Of a DNA stretch of 64,000 bases, positions 1-15,923 are shown one piece after another. This DNA is from Oikopleura dioica (taxonomy: Eukaryota; Animalia; Chordata), in NCBI GenBank assembly GCA_907165135.1, contig OU015567.1:12710001-12774000 (forward strand). The letters run 5' to 3'. Positions within the stretch are counted from its first letter, which is position 1. Every line of letters starts with the position of its first letter. Below the pieces are notes generated by a model. That model ran no database searches. It was not told the origin of the DNA and worked only from the letters and a program-made list of their open reading frames with translations. Both the position numbers and the translations under genes were made by a program.

Positions 1-692
1 CAATCTCGAAGGCGAGTATACAAAATGGTCGAACTCGTCGTCCATCCCCCCCTACATGGCGCAAGTATCGATCGAAAATCGTCTCTATCGATCAGTTTGG
101 AACGCGCCCGATTATCCTTTGCGACAACGAGAGCTTTACGTTCATGGATAGAAGCCGGCAGGAATCTAAGAACCTTACCAAAATCAGATGTAGGTGACTA
201 GTATTGTCAATAATTTGTTGATCCTCAATTTATGACGTGTAATCCGTTCATGGTTTATTTGCGGCTTATTTTAATTAGCTCAATCTCGCGAGATTTCTAA
301 TAATTTTGAAATAAAGATTAAGTTATCCGCCCTTATTTAAACTAGAAGGTTTTAATGCCCACTCTTTTAAAAGATTCTTTAAAATCTATCTTTTTTGTAC
401 GAAGTCTGAAATGTTCCACAATAAATTCTTCCTAGCCGCCGCCCAGGAAAAGAAATTCATCGAAGAGAACAAAGGAAGACTGTCTCACGAAGGAAAGAAC
501 ATGAAAAACTTCAGTAGAGCGTTGCCACCGACTGTTAGCGAGACAGAATTCACGGAAATCTGTCGATGGAAATACGTCTTACACGCAGAAGCAGTAAGCA
601 AGGACGAACTACTTGTGATTGACCGACCTGTTGGCGAAATTCTCGCATCTCTCCCGCCCGCTTTCCACCAAAAGAAATTCGGCAATAAATAA
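1..692 (+). CDS. 3' part of an unidentified protein-coding gene (at least 2 exons)
   Basis: Open frame 1-~192 ending at a GT, AG acceptor at ~404 (tacgaag), 93-aa terminal exon ending TAA at 692 followed by AATAAG. No family recognised. Confidence 0.55.
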
Positions 693-826
693 GTTCTACT
701 TTTTTTCTGTCTTATTTCAATTAATGTCAGCTGATTGTAGGCTGGTTGAGAGGATTAAAAAAATATCGAAAAGTTTAAGCTTGTTTTTATGCATTATTTC
801 TTTTCAGACTTTCAATTTATTGAAAT

Positions 827-2180
827 ATGGGTCGCAAAAAGAGAAAGACTGTGCGCCCCTGGTGCTGGTACTGCAACAGGGAATTCGATGACGAGGCGGT
901 TTTGATTCAGCATCAGAAGGCCAGGCATTTTAAATGTCATGTCTGCCACAAGAAGTTGTTCACTGGGCCTGGACTGGCTATTCATTGTGTTCAGGTAAAC
1001 CCGAAAAAATCAACATGACGCCAAAGAAACATGATTTTTAGGTTCACAAAGAGACAATCGACGCGATTCCAAACTCGCTAGACCGCCGAAGTGATCCGGA
1101 AATTGAAATTTACGGAATGAAGGGAATTCCCATCGACGACATGGTCAAACATCAACGAGATGTCAACGCACGCCATGTAAAATGCTCTTTTTTTGCTTCT
1201 CAATAAAGATGATTTTTGTAGGGAAAACGGCCGAAAATCGAGGAAGATGACAGCGATGATTCTGACGACTCAGATGACTCCGGCGATGAGAACTCGCAAT
1301 TTAATCCGATGATGATGATGCAAATGATGCAGTCGATGCAAGGAGGAGGAGCTGCTGCTGGAGGAGGCGCAGCCGCACCGGTATAAATTCAGCATATATC
1401 GTAAAGAAATGAATATCATGATCGCCAGATTAGAGGGTAAACAATTTCAAAATTTAGAATCCGATGATGGCGATGATGCAAATGATGATGCAGAATCAAG
1501 CTGGTGGTGGAGCAGCAGCACCAGGAGCTCCAGGAGCGCCGGGCCAAATGCCAGGAATGATGGGAAATCCGCGAATGCCTGGTATGGGCGGACCAATGGG
1601 CCAAGAAAAGCAGAGTAGATGTATTAATCACCACTTATGAACCCATGGTAAACCTGTTCTTTTAGTTTCTGGGCAAGGAGGCGCCCCGAGGCCGCTCTTC
1701 GCTGGAGGTGTTTCTGGTAATCATGCTCCGCCGCCGCCATCGATGCCGCCAGTGCCAACAGTTGGTAAAGTTGTCGTTCAGTCGAAAAACACGAGAATTA
1801 TGCACCCAGAGGAAGATATATCACTAGAAGAGCTCAAAGTAAGATCCCAGGAGAGAATTTGGTCTTGATTTCCATATTTAGGCGAGGAAATATCAGCATT
1901 TAGCTGACAGAAGCGGACCAGTACAATTTAACTTCTCCAAGCCGCAACAAAATAACATGCTGCCCTCGCACATGGACAATGGTGGGCCTGGTGGCGATGG
2001 TGGCTATTCCAACGCTTTTGGTAAGCTTGAACAAGCATTGTACAATTATTCATTTTTCTCCCAGATGGTCCAGCTCGGCAACTCCCTCGTACCGCGATGA
2101 AAGGTCGTTTACCGACCCGAGGACCAGCCCGTGGTGGCTTCGGAGTCCGCACCGGTTTTGGTGTCCGCCCGCGATTCTGA
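827..2180 (+). CDS. ZNF207: BuGZ / zinc finger protein 207 (multi-exon)
   Basis: [51 protein letters not shown]|[24 protein letters not shown] across GT-AG intron 995-1041; later [12 protein letters not shown] motif and low-complexity M/P/G tail; stop 2178-2180. Confidence 0.95.
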
Positions 2181-2933
2181 TCAGGTTATCTTCTATATTT
2201 TTCTCTGCGTTTCCAAATTGCTCTCCCTCTAAATTCCCGACAATTTCCAACCCACAGCTGAGTCTAACGTATTTAAATCAAGATGCAAACATCCGTATCC
2301 GTGAAAAATAAAGAAATTCTTCATCGATTTTCTGGAGAGAAAAAATGCGCGTGTAGAACTTTCGACACAGTCCCAAAGTCCGCACGGTAGGTACCCCTCA
2401 AAGGTACCGAAATCAAATATTTTTTGCTCTTTTTTCTAAACCTCTTCTCCAACAAAGTAGGAATTGCAAAAAACTATTTCCAATATTCAAAATTGTGAAA
2501 AAATCGAGAGCTTTTGCGTTGTACCCGAGCACCAGTGCAAGAACTGAGTCAAGAACCAATACAGTAATTGTCAAGGTTAGTTGAAAATTACAGTAACTAG
2601 AACTAGCACTGGACGAGGCACAAAAAAGTCGCATCATAAAACCAGGTTTGAGTTTTTTAGCTCCTTTTTCTTTGTAGCTCAAAAATACGCAAAGTCTCTC
2701 CATTCTTCTGATTTCGAGTTTTCTCAAGTTAAAAATCAATGTAAGTACCTTTATTTTTGCTGCGATTGTTTCCACGTAAGTAGCGTCATTTTCAAATTAG
2801 TTCTATGCTCAAGAGAAAAATCAGCCCATCGTATTCCCTGCCGAGAATTATTCTATTTCGTGACTCAACAAAAATAAAAACAAAGAAATAAAAGAACCCT
2901 TTTTGGAAGATTCCTTCTTTTCAGACAATAGAA

Positions 2934-5057
2934 ATGTCGGCCGGGGCTCCAACAAATGTCGCCCAGAAAAATCTCATCGATAAGGTGGCCCAGTACGTTT
3001 CCAAGAATGGCAGCCAATTCGAAAATATGATGCGAGAGAAGCAACGGGGCAATCCTGAATATGCATTTCTATTTCCAAATGGAGCCTTCAATAAATATTA
3101 TTTATCCAAAGTTCGATCTGAGCAAATCGCGCAAAAGGTACACTTCTGAATGAACAAAAGCAGGAATTATTATCGGTTTGGTTCAGCTTACGATGCAAAG
3201 AGACACAGTAATGAGCGGGCAAGGTTCCCAGAAACCTTCTTTCAACCCTCAAACGCAGAATAAATGGAATCCAACGTTGAAAATTGGCGGTTTTTCGAAT
3301 CCAGGACCTGGCGCTTCTTGGAAGCCACAAGAAACAAACACTCGTCCAGCTGGTTTCGCGCCACAGAACTCTAATCCAAATCCCAATTTTGTTGCTGATC
3401 CGCAACCGGCGACGCAGTCTCAAATCGACGAGTTAAAGGCCGAATACAAAAAGAAAAAAGACAATTTCGACCAAAAGATTCGCGAGTCAGAGTCGAACTT
3501 GAAGGCGCAGAAGAAGAGTTTAGCAACGGACAGGGAAAATAGCGTCGACGCGGTGATAGAAGAGAAGATCAGCTTTGAATGCTCGAATGATGCGCTCAAG
3601 TTGGATGTGAATATTGAAGACTTCAGTAGGATCATGAAGCCGATTATTAGGCATTGTACAAAAGAGGCTATCGCGGCTGGGAAGGAATGGATCTTAAGAA
3701 ACGCGACAGATTCAAAGGTAAACAAGAGTTTAAAGTTTAAACCGGGTTCATTGAATCCTGTAGTGAAGGGCTTGTACTTTTATTGTTGTTACGATTGTCG
3801 ATTACAGATCCTATAAAATAACAATTGAAATATAGACGTCTGAGCTCATTTGTAAATACATCGCCGGCCGCGTACTCAGCAACAATGCCACCTTTGATAT
3901 GCGTTTGCACACCATTTATTTAATAAACGATGTCTTCCATCACGCGCACAAGCGGGAGAATCATCTCATTCTCGAAGCATTTGAGGAGATTATCGTCCCG
4001 CTTTGGTCCGTCACGAAACTGAGGGCGGACAAGGAGATCGGTGAAAGGCTGGTCAAATTGAAGGATTTGTGGAAGAACAACAGATATTTTTCTCTTGAGG
4101 GACGAGTTTACTTATCATCATCGATATAAGATATTTCACGGATAACCTTATAATTACTCAATTCTTTAAACTCGATAAAAAGGTTGAAAATCGCTTCGAA
4201 AGTCATATCGTCGAGTACAAGCAATTCCGTGATGCTTTGCGAGATCGCTATAGATCTGAAGTAAAGCAAGCTGAAGAAGAGTTCGACTCTCAATTCAAAT
4301 CTTACGAGTCCCAACACGGCGATTACGTGAAACATGCCGATGATGTTCTCAAAGATTTGATGGCGCAGATTGACGAGAAGAAAAAGGCGATGAATGAGTG
4401 GGAAAAACGCGCAGAGCAGAGGAGACAGAATGCAATGGAAGCGGCGAAGCGAAACAAAGAAGGATTAGAAAACTTTCAAAAACAACTCTCTGAGCGACAG
4501 CAGCTCAACATGCAGGGTCAAAATACTAATTTCGGTCCGCTCGGCAAGCCGGTAAGACGTCTTGTCTTTTCGGTTCAATTAAGGAATCATCTTCTTCAGT
4601 GGGACGGATCATCTGAGGGACTGAACCCAACTCGACCTTATTACAACTTGCCGGCAGGGCTCATGGCTGCTGTCATAAAGCTAGATACGAAGCCGTTTTC
4701 GGAAGTTGATCCAGAGAGTCTCAGACTTGTCCCGAACATTCAGCCCTCTAAAAGACTCATGGACGGTAAAATATTACTGATCCCCGCTCGCGTTCTTTAC
4801 GTTTTATAGCTCTCGATGAGTTCTACCGCCCGATTCCCCCAACTGCTCAAATCAAAGACAACTGGGTTGTTGGATGCTTGGGTAGGAATTTCATTTATTT
4901 CGACAAATCCTGATGATGATTTTCAGACCAATTTTTCGACGCAAAAACAGAAGCTCTTAAAAATGCATCGAAACGCAACATCAGCGATAGTGAAAATAGA
5001 TCTTTAGATGAGTCATCGAGTAAACGAAGAAAATCTAGATTCTCTTCCGTTAGATAA
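2934..5057 (+). CDS. CHERP: Calcium homeostasis ER protein (SURP + CID domains), C-terminally shortened
   Basis: SURP motif IDKVAQYVSKNGSQFE..Q..NPEYAFLF; CID motif CTKEAIAAGKEW..RLHTIYLINDVFHH; CHERP-typical YYNLPAGLM..VIKL..LRL..PSKRLMDALDEFY; spliced frame stops at 5055-5057. Confidence 0.88.
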
Positions 5058-5231
5058 TCTGCCGTTTTAAATATATATTGTATATTCAACACGAATTTCT
5101 TTCCTGCCACATGATGAAAATACAACAGTTACTTATTCTTACGCCACATTTTTCTATTCCAAAAAGAAACTTTCAATATCAGTTTTCCACTCTAGAATTT
5201 ATTCTTGTCGTCTTACCCGCTGACATTAAAC

Positions 5232-8200
5232 ATGGAGGAGGATGTCTATCCGTTCATCCGGAGACAGACACGGAGAAGCGTGGCGCTCCTTGTCCAGTCG
5301 GTCGGCTTTGAAAAGATCAACCAGTTGCCCCTCGATGTTCTTGCCGATCTCATGGAGCGTTTTGTTGAGCTTATTGGCTCGCGTATCATGAAGTTTGCCG
5401 AGCATGCTCAGTTTGGTTATATTACGGAAAAAAGCATACTTTCTTTCAATAGCTAATGACCTCGAAATATAACTCTAAAAAAAGCATAATCAAGCTGACG
5501 CGTATGACATGTTGGCAGCCATGAAAGACCTAGGGATGCCACCAGAATCGCTGAGAAATTTGGTCGAATTTACAGAACCTATTGCTGCCCCTGATGTTCC
5601 TCGATTGCCCGAATCAGACGGAAGAATAATCGGTCTCAATCATAAGCGGGAAATCGACGAACAAACTCCTTCATGGTGCTATCCCTGGATGCCTTCCATT
5701 TCCAATGCTAAAAGAATCGACGCTGAAGCTAAGTCGGCGAAGGAGAAGAAGGCTAAAGAAGAGCAGAATAACTCTGACGATGAAAATTTGCAGTCGGAAG
5801 AGGAAAACCCACCTTCTGCTCCTGGTGGTGCTAGGGGACCTGATCATCAATATCCTCAGTCAGGGGTAAAAAAAAGTCTCTTGTTTACTCATTTCTAAGT
5901 GATTTTTATCTGGGTCTCGAATTTTTGGAGCAAACCCTGCTCCAAAAAAACACCACGGATTCGAGACCCAGATTTTTATCTCTTTTTCATCCCTTATCAC
6001 AGCAATACTCTCCGTCGGACGTACCCAGCTACCCTGCTACTCCAATGACACCTCTTGTCATGCCCGGGTCCGTGAAGAAGCCAACGCCTCACTACAGCCA
6101 GACGCCAAAACAAAGTCCTTACATCCATCCACATCAGCCTTCTTTGCCCCTCGGTGTAGATGCTACATCCAACTTTCCAGTAACTCCACTCAAAACAACT
6201 TCGAACACTGCCCAACTGCCTCTCTCTCAGAACACCCCTCTATCGAATTATACTTCCCCACCTCCTTCCGCGCCCAAAACAGCATCGAATATGAACTCCA
6301 GTCAAGCCGGCATCCTCGGCCTCGGCGATTCTAGCGATGAATCATTCGTCGGCGTCTCAAACTCACAGAAAGATGCAGACGACGAGCCTCCTGGAATTTC
6401 TGACAGTTCTGACGAGGATCAGCTTCCACCAGCAGCGAAGCCTTTATCATACGATCATCCCGTTCCTTCAGTCGAGAGTCGAGCCCCGATTCTTTCTGCC
6501 GTTCCAAGCTTACACTCCCACAGTGGAATGTCAGCTTCTTCGATTCCCCCAACTCCTGTTGGTGCAGCGGAGCCAACTCTTGATACGGAAAAGGAGAAAC
6601 AAATACGCGACGAGGCAAAGAGAATTCGGTAAGGATAACAGTTCACGGAATTTTTTACTTGTTTATCAACAAGTCTGATTTTTTCAATCTGATACGTCAC
6701 TACCAGTATATGAGAATCTCTGATTAAAAATTTCTATAGGAAATTGAAGAAACGAGCGGAAAAGGAAAAACGTCGGGAAGAAAAGCGCAAGAAAAAGGAG
6801 GCAAAGAAGAAGCGGAAGAGAGAGGAAAGTCAAAATTCTCAAGCTCCAAGTGCTTCCGAGCCCGAGAGCTTGGATGGATCTGGAAAACGTCGACCTGGAA
6901 GACCGCCAAAGAAGGACAAAGAACCTAAAATTCCGAAACCCAGAGGTCGACCGCCTAAAGACCCGTTGAAAAGGTTGGAGAAGGAGCGTCAGTTGCAGCA
7001 GGCCATTGAGCAGCACAAGAAAAGAGTTTGAATTTGTTTTGATCTTTTTTTGCGTAAACTTGAGTAACCTTTTTCTTATCGAAAATTGTTTAATGAGTTG
7101 AATTTAAAACTCTGGCGTGAGAGCTCCCAGAGCGGCGGCTCCGCGAACAGCTCATTCAACTCGACCATGAGTTCGGGCGTCTCTGGATTTGACACTCCAG
7201 AAAAGATCAAACCGATGCTAGAGAAGCTACCGATGCCAATTGTGAAAGAACCCCCGCCGAAGCCTGTTTCTACCGATGGCTTGGACTTGAGCTCGGATTC
7301 AGACTCGGAGATCATTCCACCAGCGCCGAAGCCGATTTTTCCTCCGGTTCAAATGAGCACTCCTAAGGTACGAATTACTTTCTGAATCATCTGAATTTTT
7401 TATAAATAGATATTTAAACTTTCCCGCCTTAACTTTTATGGCGATAGAAAAAATCAATAAGATTTCGTGCGCTGATTCTAAATTTATAGATTACGATTCC
7501 TCTTCCCAAAAAGCCGAAGGAGCCGAAAGAGTCGAAAGCGGAGCCTAAAAGTGAGTCAAAGAAGTTGGTTAGCGCCGAGAAAGAAGAGAAACGCAAAAAG
7601 GAAAAAGAGAAAGAAAAGGAGAAAGTGGAGAAATTGAGAATACCGAAGCCAGAGAAGACGCCCAAAGCAGAAAAGATGCCCAAGCCGGAGAAGACTCCGA
7701 AGTTCGAAGCAAAGGAAGAAAAGTCGACAGCTGAGAAACCGGAGAAGCCACTCATGGTGAAGCTCAAGTTAAATGGCTCTTCCGTAGGCTTGAAGAGGAA
7801 AAAAGATGACAAGGAAGACTTAGAAAGCGCGAAAAAGCCGAAACTGTACGTTCCTCTTAAAACCGATAAGATTAATTTCTCTTTCAAGGAAAAAGGAAAA
7901 GGAAAAACGATCGGACAAAATAGTGACTCCTAAAATTAAACCTCCACCAGCGCTTGGTATGTTTTTAAAAATTTTGAATGCCTCCTTTTCACGCCAAGAT
8001 TAAGTCCATGAGAAAATCAAAAAAGAAAAAGCCAAGGAGAAAAAGAAAGACAAGGAGAAAGAGGAGAAAACAGGTTTGCGTCCTTTTAAATCACTAGTTG
8101 TTGCATCTAACTTTGTCGCTTTACTTTTTAGAGAATTGATTTGTATTTTCAAGGACTTGTTATTAAATTGGTAAAGAACAGTAGATCGTGGCAAGCTCTT

Positions 8201-9249
8201 TCAATTTCATTTAAAGAGACAGGTTAAACACTTCCGAAAAAACACACATTTACCGAACCTCAGTTATCGGCTTTTTCTAAAAAAATATTTTCAAAAATCC
8301 TGATCAGTTGTTTTTTCAATGTCAACATTGAAAATGCTCCTGATTTACAGGTATCGTCCAGGAAGTATTATTTTTATGAACAACCCTTTTTGCATGCCTT
8401 TTCATCCTTTTCTTTCTCCTTTATCGCCATTGCATGAAATCATTTTCCTCTAATTATGTCAAAGAAAATCGATAACGCTTTCTTTTAGTGGCGAAAAAGC
8501 AAGAGATCAAGGAATCAAAGACGCCGAAGCTTGAAAAAGTCAAGACGAAAGAGCCGAAATCTGAAAAGTCAAAGCAAAAACAAAAGCGAAAGTCTGAAGA
8601 GTCAAAAGGACAGGGTTTCTTTATTTTAATAATCATGAAAAATAGTCGTAAAATTTTGATCCCTAGAAAAAGCTACTACAATCACGGTGCAAACAGTTAC
8701 GAAGCAAGACGTAACAGAAACAATACCACCCAATCCAGTTGCTCCGCAAGGCGTTTATGCTGTCACGGACGCTGACGGAAGACAGTACTACACATCTTTC
8801 GAGGAAAAAGAATGGCGCTGCCCAAGTTGTGGGAAACTTGACGATGGAACACCCATGATTGGCTGTGATGGGGATTGTGAAGGTAACTTGAAGTTTTGAT
8901 ACAAATTTTTGCCGTTTTTAACTTTGTGGTTACTAGATTCCCGGCCGTTTTTGTAGTATTCATGAGGCAAAGCCTTGATAAAATAAAAGTTGATGGCCTG
9001 TGAGAGGCTCAAAAGAGGAATAACGTTCTGTGATTGGTCGAAAAACCTATATACCTCTAAACCCCACATAGGAATCAAGATTTATACCGTCCCCGATTCA
9101 CTGGGACAATCAGCCTTCTTTATAAACCTTATATTTCAGACTGGTATCACAACGTCTGTATCGGTATCACCGGGCCCGTTCCAGAAGGTGAATGGTATTG
9201 CCCCAAGTGTACTCGCAAGAATAAATCGAAAAAGAAAAAGCGCAAGTAA
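5232..9249 (+). CDS. TAF3: TFIID subunit 3 (histone-fold N-terminus, K/E-rich middle, C-terminal PHD finger)
   Basis: N-terminal fold RRSVALLVQSVGFEKINQLPLDVLADLMERFVELIG; PHD WRCPSCGKLDDGTPMIGCDGDCE|DWYHNVCIGI..WYCPKC across intron 8883-9139; stop 9247-9249. Confidence 0.9.
5910..5971. mobile_element. 62-bp hAT-like MITE in a TAF3 intron
   Basis: 13-bp perfect TIR CTGGGTCTCGAAT / ATTCGAGACCCAG, inner TTTTGGAGCA/TGCTCCAAAA stem, identical 8-bp flanks ATTTTTAT (5902-5909, 5972-5979). Confidence 0.8.
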
Positions 9250-9389
9250 AAAAAAAACAACAACACAACACATTTGGTTTTTCATGATTTTTGTTTATTC
9301 CCTGCAACTGCCAAAATTATATTATACGCATTATATATAAAAAAAAGGATAATTATCAAACACACTTCTCGTCAGAAAAGAGCGCAAGT

Positions 9390-9817
9390 TTAAATTGGCG
9401 CGTAGAAAAACTCATTCTGGCTCCATTTGCGTTTTCCCAATTCGATCGGCTTGTCTTCGCATTCTGTTTCAACTTCATCCGAAACTAGAATCAAAGCTCA
9501 GTGAAAAGTTTCTCTTTGAAAGTTACCTAAGCTGAAGAGGATCTGACACGTGTATTCACAATTTTTTCCGCCAAGTTCCTTGCACCACATATCACTTTAA
9601 AAATTTCACTTGTAAATACAACACTACTTTCTCTACTTTCTTTTCAAATACATTTGCTAAATTTACATGTTACTGTTACTTTAGTTTCTTACGTTACAAG
9701 CGAAGTAGTCGTGCACCAGTCTTTCTTGCAGATTGGCTCTGTAAACTCGCCCATATGGATGCCATAATCGTTTTCGGCGGCAAATGCGCCAATAACGAGT
9801 GCCGTAAAAAGCAGCAT
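9390..9817 (-). CDS. Small secreted six-cysteine peptide, 95 aa, 3 exons (9817-9693, 9594-9527, 9484-9390)
   Basis: Both introns GT-AG with matching phases (2 and 1). Product MLLFTALVIGAFAAENDYGIHMGEFTEPICKKDWCTTTSLVTDMWCKELGGKNCEYTCQILFSLVSDEVETECEDKPIELGKRKWSQNEFFYAPI has a signal-peptide-like start. Absent from the ORF track because exons are short. Confidence 0.75.
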
Positions 9818-10127
9818 ATCTTTCTTGCAAAATCAGTGTCTGGAGAAACTCCTCGTTGATTCCTGAAAACTGATTTGCTTTTGAAGAGCACTTAATTACG
9901 CGCTTGAATGAGGGTGCTTAATTCCTCGACTGGTTTTTGAATTTAGATTGATGCAAATCAATTGTATTTCGGTTAATTGGTTTTCCAAGGATTATAATTT
10001 TAATTTTTGAATCTGAATTTAGACTGACTTATCTTATGTTTTGTGGTTAGGCGGCGCGAGATTGTGTATTTTTTCTGGAAAAACTTGAGTTTTGATCGAC
10101 AAAGTTAGCACTTACTCCGGTCTAACC

Positions 10128-15464
<5,337 letters not shown>

Positions 15465-15923
15465 GCCAAGAAGTTCCAGAAAAACCTTGTCAATTGAAAA
15501 AAAGAAAGCTACAGTAATCATTCAACTTGTATTCGGAATTATCGTGAGGTCGAACACATGTGACATGCGCTTTTAAACATTTAAATATCATTGAAAACAC
15601 TATTTTTTCCAATTCTAATTTACATGTAGCATGCGGACGAATCTCTACTGCCCTTTCATATTATTTGGATTCCGCCTTCCTTCAAAAAATGTTTTAAAAA
15701 ACTTTCAAAAATGCAAAAATCATCCCGTTATTTTCCGTCTCCTTTCAATCTTTAAAAATGACCTAAAATTATCATTATTGCCCTCCTTCTCTTTATTGAA
15801 AAAAATATTTCAACGACTCCAAGTTCAGTTTTTTTTTCTTAACCCTTTCAAATAAATTTTTCTCTGTGAGAATAAACGACTAAAAAGAAAAATATCTCTA
15901 TGTTTATTTTTAGGATTTATCGG

